Part shown: positions 13,501-28,500 of the stretch, one piece after another
Layout of the letters: every line of letters begins with the position of its first letter
Numbering within the stretch: position 1 is the stretch's first letter
Origin: Octopus sinensis
Taxonomy: Eukaryota
DNA length: 64,000 nt
Assembly: GCF_006345805.1 (NCBI RefSeq)
Contig: NC_043004.1
Coordinates: 86,676,001 to 86,740,000, forward strand
Reading direction: 5' to 3'
The notes under the pieces: generated by a model
The model's input: the letters and a program-made list of their open reading frames with translations, nothing else
What the model was told of the DNA's origin: nothing
The model's database searches: none
Translations under genes and position numbers: made by a program

Positions 13501-16500
13501 TAATATGATGCCCATACTTTTCCTAAGACTGTATGTACACAGCTATAAGAGCATAACCCTTTTAAAATTTCGTTTGTAAATTCAATAACACATTAGAGCA
13601 CAAATGTGTTTCAACCAGAATTCACACACATACAATTTAAATGTTTCTTTCTATACTATTAAATAATTTTAATATCAAGTAATATATATTGTATTTTTTA
13701 TAATTTAAAAAAATTGCCAGATCATAAACACCTGACATTTAAAATGTAAAAATCCAGAGATTGTTTTTTAAAATGTGTAATAGAAAAATCTTGCTAAGCA
13801 TTTGTTCTGTGACAACACAAAGTAAAGTGAATTATCAAAATAGTTTTCTAGTTAAAAGCTATTCTGTTAATCATTAAACAATAGGTGTACTTTTACAATC
13901 AAGTCTAGTAAAAGTTCAATGGTAATTTTTTTATCCAAAAAGTTAACAAAAATTATTAATTTTAAAGTTTTATAAAAATGAAATTCACAATAGTCCATGA
14001 GCCATGTCAGTTAGTAGTACCATCTGAGGTGAATACACCTAAGTGGTATTAGAATGTTTATAGGGTCACTATGAGTGTAAAAAAATGTAACTCTTTCAGC
14101 TCAGTAGATCCCCCGCCCCCATTTATAAAATTTCACCAATACTGAAGTACTTCTGTTCATGACTACAACACATATGACATTGTTCATACATCTAGCAGGG
14201 ATTAGAACTCCATTTTGTTTCCAATGACCAGAGCAAGCTCCTTGTATACCCAGACAGTCTTTCCATGGATGATCTTATCAAAAAACACCACAGACTGGAT
14301 CAGGAACTGTGAGAATTAAAGACAATTCTGAGGATTCTCTGGCCAAAGCAGCAGTGCAGCTGAGACAGCAGGAAAAGAAACAAGATCTCAGTCAAACATG
14401 GCTACTAAGCACCGAGCAAAATGTCATACCCAACTCTTACCAAATTTCTCTATTTCTTGTTGACTGGGGAAAACAAGTGGACAAACCCCTCAGAAAGGGT
14501 CAAGCGTCTTGCTACTTCTTTTGGAAGTGACCTGGTGTTTGTCATTACCTGTGGCAAAACAAAGCCATTGAGCTACATCATATGCTGTGAAGTCACTTAC
14601 AGGAAACACCAAACTGATACAGACACTGAATCATTTTGGATACAGTCGTTCTTACAGATTGAAGAGATAGACACAACCCTTTGCAACCAGAAGTTGGAAG
14701 TTTCGGAAAATGGCATACCACTGCCTGGAAATATCTACTCAGGTGTATTCACAACTGTGGCTTGGGACAATACTGACTGCCTTGAAGAGACTCTTAGTGG
14801 TGGAGGCATCTCCCACAGGGTCAGCAGCATCACTGTCCAGCCCAAAGTTTCAGGGCCCATGCCACAGAATTTTGTGTCAGTAGTTGCCAAATTCAAGAAA
14901 AGAAGCATTAGTCCTCCTCCATAGTTGTTACCAATCTATAATGTTGGGCAGCGAGCTGGACTGACCTTGACTGAGACATCAGAAATTGACAGTGACCAAC
15001 AGGTCAAAAATGCAAAAAGAACCATGTTTGGCTTTTGACACGAATATCTGACCCAGGGAACCAGACAACAAGCAGCTGAGCAAGATTCAACATCCACACC
15101 TGCAATGATGTCACAATTGTCCAGAGCTACCTGCCAGCTATCAATGCTCCTGCAACAGACATGGTCACTGTGAATAAAGTACTGAAACAAACTACTCGAA
15201 TCATGGATTCCTTGCAGCTCAGCAAGATAGTTTGTGTGTTTGACCAAGCACTGTATGCCAAGGCGGCTGAAACAGTGTGAAAAAGAGTCAAGTATAGAAA
15301 CATAATCATCAGAATGGGAGTTTTCCACACCTTAGCAACCTCTTTTCTATCATCACTAAGTGATTTCAAGATGCAGAGCTCAGGGATATGTGTTGAATCA
15401 GGTGTCACAGCAGATGGATCAGTGGCTGGGATCATAAAAGGTCACAAATACAACTGTGCAGTCAGGGTACACAAACTTATGTATGAAGCATTAATGAGGT
15501 TTGACTGGAAAGGGTTTCTCCCATGGATAGAGGACAATCATGGAGAAGATGTGCCTCACCTAGCAGAAACATTGAGGTCATAGGTAACTTTCAAAGCAGT
15601 GTCAGCCAGATGTCCCTCCAAGAGGTTCTTGGAAATGAGTCCTGCACAAGGATCTTGGAGCTGTTTCAAACTCACCTTGAATCCCTTAGATGCATTACAG
15701 TCTGTCAGCTTTCTGGATGCCCTATCATAGACATGGTGGAGATCATACTTGGGCTAATATGAGCTTCCAGAGAACGTGACTGGATCCTCCATCTTGCATC
15801 CATCTGAAAGATGATCTCATGGTGTTTTGTCTATGACAAGGTGAACTATGCTCGATTCCAGACCTACTATTATGCAATGATATCTCAACTCCACATTGAA
15901 CGTCTTGAAGTCTATGCACACTTCATGAATGAGTCATGCACTGGGAGGTGGAATCTGATGCTTAGATTGGCATGCATGCCTTCACAGGCTGTGATACGGT
16001 CAGTGCCTTTGCTGGCTGTGGAAAGCTGACAACGTTCAAACAGATGAAATCCAGCAAGACCTTCAAAGAAGCCTTCAGTGAACTAGGGTGGCCTTGGGAT
16101 GTATCTCCTGAATTATTTCAAAAACTACAGATGATAATATGCCAAATGTACATGTCTTCTGCTTCAATAACTGAAGTAAATTATCTTTGATACCAGCTCT
16201 TTTGCACTAGATGTGGAGAAATTGAGTCGAGTCAACTACCTCCATAGTAGTTCATGCATGCTTTTCATGCAAACTACCAAGCAGCCATCTGGAGATGTCT
16301 ATAGGCTCAACCCTTCATTCCAAGCCCCATCAACTGTGGTTGGACAGACAAGGAGAGTGATCTTGCCGTTGCTTGGATGCACAACCCACCTGCACTGAAT
16401 GCTATTTTCAGCTTTTGTCTTGCAAATGTATGCGTTCCTGCAAACCACCAGCATGCAGCTGCCTCAGCAATGGCCTGAGGTGCACATACAGGTGCAAGCT

Positions 16501-19500
16501 ACGAACATGCGACAACCAAGCTCCTGAATTCAGCAACAGAGAGCCAGAATTAGAACTGATGGATTTTGAGGAAGACCACAATGATTAGCTTTATGGTATG
16601 CTGTGTATCCATGGCAGATCCAGAAACTGGCTAACCTGCAGCTGTTATACTACCAGAAAATCTTTGTTGACTTGAAAACAATTGACACAAACTTTCCCAG
16701 TGGCATGACTTGTGTGCACATAAGAAAACTGAACAGTTTTGATGCGTCATGTTTGGTTCTATGTTCAAGACATATCATGCATATGAAATAAGCAATTCAA
16801 TTTTATATTAAGTATAAAAACACATGAAATTTTTATTTGCAGTTTCTTATGGAAGGTATGTCTATTTATGAAGTGATAACTACTAAGCCACCATTCTGAC
16901 AAGGCTATCATGTAAATAGAAACTAGTCAAAAATTACCAAAAGAATTATTCACCCTATGTGGTACAGATACAGAAATTTTGAGGTCTGGCTCAAGGACTA
17001 TAAAAGGAGATGACTGTCTCATGACAAGACAAATCAAAACAAATCAAGATACATTACAAAATGTAATGACATATAACATAGAATTTCTGTATTTTGAAAA
17101 GAATAGAAATCACAGAGGGTGGTACATGATTCACATATCTTAAAGCAGTTACTAGGCCCAAGAAGGCCAAAATGCATCTGGCATTCTCGCTAGTCACTGC
17201 CAAAATGACCCCCCTCTCCCTCTGATATATATACCCTGGTTTTAGTACATCACATCCACGAAGAGATTTTTATCTCAGATGAAAACCACATCTTGCTTAT
17301 CAATGATGCATGTGTGTTAAGTATGATACATAGATTATTTTGGTAATGTTTTGGTAATTTAGGAAAACCAAGTTATTTTAGAGTCAATATTATTAATAGT
17401 TTCATTTTTACCACTTTCCCCAAAGATAAAAGGTACACACACACACACACACACACACAAAAGTTAGTGCATATTTTCTGATTTCCCACCATTTTATGGT
17501 TCATATATTAGTGATGCACATCATATACGAGTCTGCATTATATCTAAATAAATGTGGTATTTATTGAACTATTTAAAGGATTGGATCAGCTACCAGCAGT
17601 AGCTTTAATATAGCTATTTGAATTCACTGTTACCTACAAATTTAAAGAAATAAAAACAAAAGATTTGAGATTTCTCTTTAAAACAATTTTTTTTTTTAAA
17701 CCTAAGTCTTGATATTTTTGCTATGAAAGATGTAAAGATCTAGCACTGATTAAAATTGAAAAGTATTTGAACCTAACTATCTTAATAAAGGTCCTGTAAA
17801 TAAAATCTAAGTGATATTAAATTATTACAATCAACCAGAAAAGAGAAAGAGGATCATTAACAGGACACAGACCATACATCAATTGCTTGCAAAGAAGCAG
17901 TATAACCAGTTATATTACACTCGAGATAATACTTTTAATGCACTAACAAAAATTCATTTGTTTTGTTTCTCTAGTCTCCAAACCATTAAAAAATAATAAA
18001 TTGCAGTCATTTCATAGTTTCAATCTTATGAAATTAAGAAACATTTAATGATAAAACACTTTAGCAGCAACAGCACAAGTAATAATTCATGGGAAAATAT
18101 ATACCAGGTGATTTTTTTGACGATGACTTAAAAAAAATTTTTTTTACGTGTTTATTAATTAAAAGCTATGATACAAATCAATTGAAATAATTCTAGCATA
18201 GTGTTTGAGAGACCAGGCAGTTAATGGCTTGACTAATGATGAAAATACCACAAACTGAAGTTTATACTTTCAATTAATGTGCCTGATATCATGTACACAC
18301 CCAGGAATGAACAATAGGAAACCAAAGCAACTGAAACCATATGCAGAATCATCATTATCATTTAATGTCTCTTTTCCATGGTAGCATGGATTTTACAGTT
18401 TAACTGGAACTGGGTAAGCCAGAGAGCTACACCAGGTTTCTACAGCTGGATGTACCTCCTAACACCAATATTGTAAGAAAAAAAATTAATTTCTATTATG
18501 ACGTAAATTATAATCTTAACAGTTTTTTTTTTTTTTGAGTACTTTGAATGAATAAAGAATAGAAATATTTTAGGACTCAACTGTATTTTCAATAATTCTA
18601 AAACAAGTAAGACCTAAACAAAAAATAATTTGGGGTGTTGCCTTCATTTTATAATTATAACCATAACTGTTTTTATTTGAACAAGTTTTGGATTATATCA
18701 ATTTTCTGACTGGTCTTCAGGTGCCATATTAGACATTAAATGAAAAGAATAAGGAAATAAGAACACTGACAGAAAAATCTGGTATCAGGAAGTTGTCTTG
18801 CTGTCATACTGATATAGCTGAACAAAACAAGCACCTGTCTACATTTACTAAATGAATTTAACTTTATATAGTTTACCACAGAAATAAAAAAAACCTTTGT
18901 TTGCAGACATGAATGTAAGTGATGTTTCGGTCTGTTCCAGCTTCAAACTATGTAAATTACTTAATACTCTACTCCATAAAAAAAAAAAAAAAAATCAGAA
19001 CACACTTGTGTCTTAGAACCATAACAGATTTATGAAACAACACTTAGTCATTCTTGTATTTTTACCCTCCCTATCAGTTATTAGTAGTGACAAACCTTCT
19101 TACTCCATCTTTCATCATTTTCACTCCTGATAACTAATTAAAATTGCATTTTACTTCTTCAAACTTTCATACAACTGTCAATCATTGAACAGTAGCTATG
19201 CCGGCCACCACATTCTACAGGTTGGTCAATTGCATCAACTCCTACCTCCCAGTGCACGTTTATCAAGACAGTGAAGGGAACAACAACAAAAAAGGACGAC
19301 GGAAAGAACAGTGGGCCAGGAAAGGATTTTAATTTAAAATATAAAGGGACACAACCAAATGCCAAAAAGTATTTTAGCATCCACCTGCATGTAATAGATT
19401 CTAACCAATTATATTTGACATCCATTGTTCCATGGATGTAAAATAATGCATGCACTCATTGAATGGGGGGAGGGACTGTACACAATAAGATGTGCATAAT

Positions 19501-22500
19501 TGAGTGGTATCAGTCTCCAAGTATCATTAAATAATCCATGAGATAGAGAGAGAGATTCCATAGTAGAAAATGGGATTTTCCAGATAGTTTAAGGAACAGG
19601 AACAACAAACTGGTAATGTTTCAAGAAATCTCTACAATATTTCTGATTGTGACATTATTACCCTTCAATTTCTTGTATAGCATCAATAGTCTTTATCCAT
19701 TTATAGTTGTCGCTTGTCAATAGTTTAACTGAGTCCATTTGAAAAAGTTAAAAGCGTTTTGCATTATGCCTTATCTCTGTTTAGCAGACAATTATGAAAG
19801 TCCCAAAAATATATGTGAATGGCCCTTGAATTAGTATTATGCCCAGTGTCCATAAATTGCCTGCGTACTATTACAATGGACAATAACAGATCTGCTATTA
19901 GATTAACCTGGAAATGGAAGAATGCAACAAAGTTCTCATGAGAACTTGCTTTAATCTATCTTGTAAAATGTTTGATCATGACAATTTCTTCAATAAAATT
20001 GTACAAATGTGGAACAAGTTCTGATGCGTTTGTTGTGAATACCTTAACCCTTTTGATACCAACCTGGCTGAAACCAGCTCTGTAGTACAAATGTCTTGTT
20101 TTTATAAGTTTTAAATTAAAATCTTCCACCAAACCTTAGTCACAATTTATGTTCCTAACTAACTTAATGATAACAAGGCTATGGTGATAATCATCATTTA
20201 ACATCTATTTTTTTCATGCTGGAATGGGTTGTCTTACCACTCAGTGCAATCTTTCATCTGGCATAATCAGCAACAAAGAAATCTGGCCATCTTTGTTGTG
20301 TATGACAGTTTTTTTTGGCTTAGATACCATTCTAGCAATTTACAGTACAGACTTGGTAAATTTCAGAAAGCAGTTGTTTGAAGCAGGACTAAAGTGTCTT
20401 CTCTAATCTGTATTAGTGTTTATATTCACAGTTAGTCTAAATCCCTATAAATCAAGAAGTAAGCTCCCAGAAAGCTGGTTCTCACTTGATAGTGAGTTAT
20501 TCACTTCCTATGAAGATGCAAGTTCATCCTTTTACTCTTGCTACTAATACTCTTTGAGAAAGCATTATTGTCAGAACATGCATCTTCTCTGCTAAAGTAA
20601 TGAGCTCATGTGGTTGGTCAAAAAGAAACTAACATTTGCACAGAGTAAAGTCTGAGTAAGTACTGCAATAATACAAAAACCCTCTTCTGAATACATCATA
20701 AAATAGATTTTGGAAATATAAAAATGTAGAGTTGTGGTATTTCTGTGCTAAACCAATGACCACAAGTTCAGCTGGCTTCACTATTTTCTATCCCGAACTA
20801 AGTCACTTTATTTAACATGCATACTACTACTGCCACCACCACTGCTACTTCAGGGTTAACTGGTTAGTAGTAAAAGGATAGAGAACTAGCTATAAAAAAA
20901 AAATACTTGTTCTCATTTTCCATGTTCATTTGCAGGGTTTACCAGGATTTAATGAAATAGTTATGGTTTGAAAGACTAAGGCAGTGTATCAATTATCAAA
21001 AGTGTTTGACTGCATCCTTCAACAAATTGTATCACTGTTTTCTTATATAAGATATAAAAATTAATCCAACTGTGGTAATACACCTTATGACTAGATATCT
21101 ATCTAATAAGTTGAGTTTTTCTTTGTTTCTTTTTTCATTTGACTGTATAATTTTGATTATTTATACAATTCTCAATTTTATAAGAATAGGTGTGAAGTAA
21201 ATTAAAATTGTCCAGTATATTACTGATCTTCATGCATGATTTAATTATGAAACAGAGGTCAAATAACTAATGCAGGTTATCAACAGTTGGCACCACATAG
21301 TTATGATTATAAAAAAAAAAGGAACAACTACAAATAACAGATGTTAGAATATCTGCACAGCAAAAGTCTACTGCCAGTAGATTACATAAATTATGAGTCT
21401 ATCCATCCAAACAGTGTTAAGAAAGGAAATTGTTACAATATCAGATTAAAACTACCTGAAATAATGTAGCAGCTCATACAAAAGAAATTATCTCAAAACT
21501 ACATTCTTGAATAACAGATACAAATATGAAGGATATGACAGATCTTCTATTAGTGTTGATAATTAGCATTTAATTGCTCAGTCATTGGAACTACCTACTG
21601 AAATTACCATGTAAGTGGTTGAGTATACCATAGATATGTATCTTAATGTAATTCTCAGGCCAAATTAGTGACAATACACAAGACTGGATCTTTGAATTAC
21701 AGATATAATCCATCTGGTGGGCCTCTGCATAGTTTCCACTTCAATTTCACTCACAATGCTTGGGCCAATTTATACAAAATGCTATGCAATGGGATCAACT
21801 CCGGATCTTATGATTGCGCAGTGAACTTCTTAACCATTTGATTATGACTCATCCAAAACAAACTCATCATATAAGACTCACAGTCACTCACAAAGTAGGG
21901 GAATAAACCAAATTTCAACAAGTCCATCTTACTACAAGAGATTGTAAGAGATAATTCAAAGAATCAGAATTGTATTCAAAAGCCCCTTTATTCAGCTTGC
22001 AGATTTCACACAAAGTTTAACCTGCCCAGAAATGGCTAGAACATTAGAACTGCATCTATAACATTCCATACATTAGCAGAAAGTCTTATAAAAGAGAAAT
22101 TGATAGACCTCTAAACACCATAACAGAAGAACATACAAAAGCTTCTTTAATCAGAGGGGAAAGCACCTAACTCAGGAATGGCTGAATATGGAAAATGAAA
22201 TCACATACCAAATGTGGAATACTATTTTAATAACTCACGGAGAACCACAATAGAAACTTTAAAAAATTCAAGGAGCAGTACATACAGCACTCACTGATAT
22301 CAGCTTGATATGACTGTCTTTACTGAAAAATGAATTTAAATAACCTAGAAATGTAGTATTAATTGTACAGGCATCAGTGACCCAGCAGATAAGAGCATTA
22401 CTACACTGTTTAGAAATAAACATCTGAAGATGCCTTTATTATTTGCCGTGTACATCAAGGCAAATGAATGCTAAATATATAAACATCTGATGTGGGTATC

Positions 22501-25500
22501 TTGCTTAGGATTAACAATGCAAAATGAAAATGGCATCAGAAAATATTTCAATAATTCATAAGGAAATATGAGAATTCATTCATAAGAAATTTTATTTTTA
22601 AAATAACTCTTACTCACTGCATAAAACACATTTCTAAGAAATTTTGTTTTTCTACAAAGCAATTGTAAAAAGTATTCACAACTGAGTACCTTTTCACAAA
22701 CCCCAAACATACGATATTGGAACCGATTTTTAGTTAAGCTGACCAAAGTAAGGGGAGTAATATGCTGAATTATATGCAATCCTCATTTGTTATGTAAAAT
22801 GCCATTGTTCTACTTTTTTTCAGAAATAATATTTTTAAGAAAATTATTTCAGCATGTTAAATGATGTTTGTTTTTTCATTGAAATTGATGCTGTAAAAAC
22901 CATTTATAAGCTATTTTAAATAGCAAATGTGTAGGCATTTAGTTTTTAGGTTGGAGCTAATAAAGATATGGAAAAATAAGTCACAGGGTTTTGAACAGTA
23001 GCCTGTTTTAAGAAAGAATGAGGACTTTCTGCAGATTGATATGCTAGCGTCATCCAAAGCACATAACAAAATGCAAACAATTTTATCTCGAAATATGTAT
23101 GTTTTATTTCACAGTAAAATAAGGCTCAATGAGGTGAAGGTACATGAAGATTTTTTTTTTTTTTTTTTTTGGCCTGGAGGAATGAAGCATCAGTTTAATT
23201 CTTTCAAAACCAACTTGGTCCCAATCACCTATGATCCCATATTACCAACAAGCCTAAAACTTGCACTGTATATTTATAAACTTGTATATTTATACTGGTT
23301 TCAAATTTTGGCATAAGGCCAGCAATTTCAGAAAACGGGTAAGTTAATTACATTGACCCCACTGCTCAACTGGTACTTATTTTATCAATCCCGAAGGATG
23401 AAAGGCAAAGTCAACCTAGGCAGAATTTGGTGGATGAAATGCTAAGCATTTTACCTGGTACACTCATGATTCAGACAGCTCACCAACTTGCTGTATATTT
23501 ATATTAAAATTTCAGTTACAGTCTCATTATCATTTGAAAGTTAATGTAAGATCTTGTTAAATTTTATTTCAAAATAAGCAATAAACTGCTATATACTATA
23601 TGCCTATCTACCAAAATTATTTTACTAAACCCTTTCCAAATTCATGATTATTTTGAAAATTAAATGATTCTATCCATTGTTTATGAACAGAATCAAGAAA
23701 GGGCTAATGTTTACTCTACAAAAATCACTGCTGCTAAATAAACTGGACAGCATATAAGCAAACAGCAGAAAATAGTTCAGCATATTCTTTCATTTTAGAA
23801 CAAAATTCAAATTATAAAATATTAAATACTATACTGCCTGTAATTAACAGCTGTATAATTTTATCTGCCATCATCTTTTCAAAATTAAATTTCACTTAGA
23901 ATGCATTCATTGACAAATAAAATGGTCAACTTTTACTAAGGTAGTTATTTTAATGGAATTAGTTAATTTTACAAACATACAATTTCAATTTGAAGGAAAG
24001 AAAATGCACTGAACTTGGAAACAAATGCATTCAGAATAAAATCAAAAATGCTAAAATTAAAATGCTGTTTAATGATGAAGTTATATATTTTTTACTATAT
24101 AGCTGTATCTACTGGAAAGCAATTTTTCTCCCAGGTGAGTAAGATTGACACCTATTTTTACATACTGTCTACAGACATTAGTTTGCACATCATATTTTGG
24201 ATGTGTGTGAAAGGGTTAAAACCTACTCTATCCACAATAGTCACAGTTGAACATTTTCCCCAAGGTAAGTCAATTCTTATTACAAAGTGGCTTTTAGTAA
24301 TTGAGAGAATACCTAATCAAAGCAATTGTTTATAGCAAATCATTAGTAGCAGAGTAAAACAAAAGCCAGGATTTCTCCATTGAAGTAATTGTACACTTTT
24401 ATTTTAAGCCACCCAGAATCAGTGATCACACACAAAAACACTGCTGACAAAAAGTCTGTCACAAACTTTTATGACATCAATGACAAAAATCAAAATTTAG
24501 AGAACCTTTACACTTGATTCTTCCTTCACCACACACAAAAAAAGGGCTGAATAGGCTTCACTAATATAAAGAATGAAGTAAATGCATGACAACCATTTTT
24601 ATTAAATTGGTGAACTAAGCTTAAATCCTCAAAGATAAAACCTGCAATAGAAATACACTCTCCAAACAACATAGTACTTTGTAGATAGGGATAACAGTGT
24701 ACTGAGACAAAGAAAACAGACAAGTGCGCAGAGTTGATTAAATCTAGTGTAGCGATTGGATTTAACAGATAGAAATAAAAAAGGAGTTTGTACAAATAAG
24801 TACGGTCTTTTACTCAAACTTTACTAAGCAAATCATTGCAAAAGAAAAAAAATCATCACCACCAAATGCACTTGTAAGATTAGGATTCTGTTCAAATCAG
24901 GTGCAAGACATAGTTTCACCTAGCTACAGTTTTTCTACTGATATTTGCATTTTCAAATATGACCAAAGCAGCAATGTACTGAGAATAGAATTAGTATCCC
25001 AGAGTATCTTTTGGTTTTATTTTAATGACTACGTAGCATTTTAAAACTAATATTCAACAATATTCTAACATCCACCATCCTTTCTTCAATCATTATTCAT
25101 CACCTTTTATTGATCAAAGTATCTATTTTTGCATGTTTAAACAGTTATTTACAAATGAATGTAGAAAAATTCAAATTTTTAAATATATATGGGTGTATAT
25201 GAGCATGCATGTGTTTGTGTTTCACAATAAACATAGTGGATACATTAAATTCTGTGTTGTCTGTGTGCAATATAGAAAGAATATATTTTTGAATATTTAC
25301 CTTCCAGTTTCCTTGGTGTGCTAGGTCCAAGAGATCTACTACCTTCACTGTCCCGTCGTTGTCTCTTAACTCCTGTATTATCGAAATTATGAACATGAGT
25401 ATTATCCTTGCGAAAATTATCCTTGATTGATGTCTCTTGCAACTGTCCGCCTTTTTGAACCCACTGGCTAGTCCTCTGTGCAACAACATCTTGCAAATCT

Positions 25501-28500
25501 TTAGGCGGTCCAGTTTTAATTTTCTCAGATAATGATCTGTCTGATGATTTTGATGATTGATGTAAACTGACCTTATGGTGTTTATCAAATTTTTCTCCAA
25601 CACTGGAATGTTTGATTCTGTCATCTGAGGCTGGAAATGCTGCATGGGGCAGAACAAATAAATAACTTTAATAAAGAAGAAAACAAAAGTTAATTTATCA
25701 TTATATTTAAAGGTCTTATAATTATGCACTCCAGTTATTTTATAAATAGATTAACATAAAATAAAGAGGGGCCAGCTTAGCACTGGCAGTCTGCAAATGC
25801 CTTCTTAGAGTGTGATCAATGTTAAGGAGTGTTAAACGTTAGCAGTTAGTGTGTAGAAATACATGGACAGGAATGGAGTTCTAGAGTTAATACAACTTGG
25901 AATGTGACAATTTCTGTAGACATGTCTTTATAAGAAATTTATTTACACGAGGGCCTAGCTAGAGAAGGGCAGAATAAGATCACATCTTCTCTCACAAAAC
26001 ATGAGCTATAAGTAAAATACACACTGGAAAAGTAAAATTAAGATTATGAATCCTAAAAACCAATTGATTAACTGATTAAAGTTAGAAAACATACAAATCT
26101 GAAATGAAACAAAAAATGCATCAATGGAATACAGAAAAGATAAAATCAACACAAAAATCAATATGTTTGAAGATTACGTCCAAAATTGTCAATTTGATGA
26201 TTGTCCTATCAGCTGGCACTGCTTGACAAAGCTATCTAAATTAAGCCTAAATTTTATCTTGTTTATCATTGGACTGCAGCCATGATGGGGAACAGCCTTG
26301 AAGCATTTTAGTTGAATGAATCAACTTCAGTACTTATTTCTTCAGCTTGGCACTTTATCAATCTCTTATGTCAAACTGCTAGGTTGTAGGAATATAAATA
26401 AACCAACACCGGTTGTCAAATGGTGAAAAGGGACAAACACAAAGACACACACACACATATATACAATGAGCTTCTTCTAGTTTCCATCTACCAAATCCAT
26501 TCACAAGGATTTGGTTGGCCTAAAGCTATAGTAAAAGATACCCAAGGTGCCACACACTGGGACCAAACCCCAAACCACATAGTTGGAGAGCAAACATCTT
26601 ACCACACAGCCATGGTTGCATCTATATGTACTAAATATTTCAAAAGGCTCAAAACAAACACTAAACATGTATGTGCATGCAAATCTCTCTCTCTCTCTCA
26701 CTCACTTCTGTAAATACCAGATTTTTAACTCTCACATTTATACTTTTTACTGAGGAAAGGGGTAAATTATGACAAGTTTGAATATCATTACCACCTAACG
26801 TCAGTATTCCATGCAAGCATGGGTTAGACTAACTTAACTGGAATTAAACTATCTTGATTGAGTCTCTAAAATCCTCTGCTTGCTGGAATACCAGTCATGC
26901 AATGAATGAAAAGGTGTGCCAGCTGATAGGGCAGTTTCTTCAATCATTAATCACAGAGTCAAGATCCAGTCCAAACTGATGATGGTTCTCCATGGGGAAA
27001 CCTTTTCATCTTGTCTGTCTAACAAATATGTAAACTACATGAAGGAAGGTACAATCTGAAGTGTTCATCAAAATACTTGAAATAAAAAATAAATTTAAAA
27101 AAAAAACAAGCCCAGTGTCACACTTAAATCATGTATCTATCTCACGCTGGATGGCTGTGATACCAGTTATGCTACATATTGTCCACTTGTTTTTCAAATC
27201 CGGTATAAATATTTATTTGCATTTATTTCACTCTTAACATTTAATAAAGCAAGGTATCATATCATTTAGTGCTTCAAGTGAATTAATCTCCAAACTTCAA
27301 ACAGCATGAATTAAAAACCTGAGAAATTACATATGAAATAGGTTAAGGCATGGTGGTGGGGATAAGGTTAAAAGCAGATGCCTAATTTGAGAAAAGCCAA
27401 CAAGTAAGCAATTGTTAACATGGTCACTTGACAAACAACACAGTGATTGAAATCCAAACAGTGGATCTGTTGTTGCATTTGTGTCTGACAGTGGTGTTTT
27501 CAAAGGAACTGCGTATGACAGTGCTTACATTATAAATCTTAGCCAACAAAGTGAAATCGTAGTTGTGGCCAATGCCAGTGCTATCTGCTTGGTACATAAA
27601 AAGCACCATTCGAGCATTGGGCCTCGTGGTGGCAGTGACAGGTGACCAAGACACTTGGCGATATACCAAGCTTGTATTGACCTGTCAAGCTAAGTGAGAC
27701 CATAGTCGTGGCTGATGGTTAGTGGCACGTAAAAAGCACCCACTACACTCTTGGAGTGGTTGGCATTAAGAAGGGCATCCGACAGTAGAAACCTTGCCAA
27801 ATCAGATTGGAACTTGGTACAACCCCCTGGCTTATCAGTTTTCACACAAACCATTCAACCCATGCTAGCATGGGAAACAGACATTAAACGATGATGATGA
27901 TGTTTTTACTGAAACTGAAGTTAAGAATTTGTCTCTCAACTTGAGTTTCAATTTAAAAAATTTTTTAAATCCTAACACGCACTGAGCATTCTTTTTTCAT
28001 TTATTTGACAAAGCTGTGCACGCACGCACGCACACACACAGAGGGTGTTTATTGAAGATTTCCCCAAACCCACTTCTGGTTATTGCAGGAAATAGAACTT
28101 GTACAGGTATAACCATACATGTTACATTGTAAACTGCAGCCTTCCACTGGTATTCGTTTGTCCTTTATGGCTGAAGTGGACTAGGATGTTATTAATGGAA
28201 GCAGTTGAATGCAAATCAGTGATCAGGTTCTTACACTTGAAAGGTCATATACCAAAAGAGACTTTCAATGAGATGAAAGAAGTTTATGGTGACAATGCAC
28301 CATCATATGACATAGTGAAGCACTGGCACTGCCAGTTCAAATGTTATCAGACATTGGTGGAAACTGCTCCTATTCCTGGACGACCACATTCCACCATTGA
28401 TGATGACACCATCCATAAAGTGGAAGCCACCATTTTGGAAGATTGAAGCATAACTGTTCAACAACCAGCCCAAGAAGTGAAGAAAAAAACTCATTCATGA

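Noticed and set aside
25145-25729. Longest ORF in the track (194 aa) as an independent gene
   Set aside because: It is an alternative-frame overlap of the real WAC exon 25301-25639; the splice phases support the other frame.
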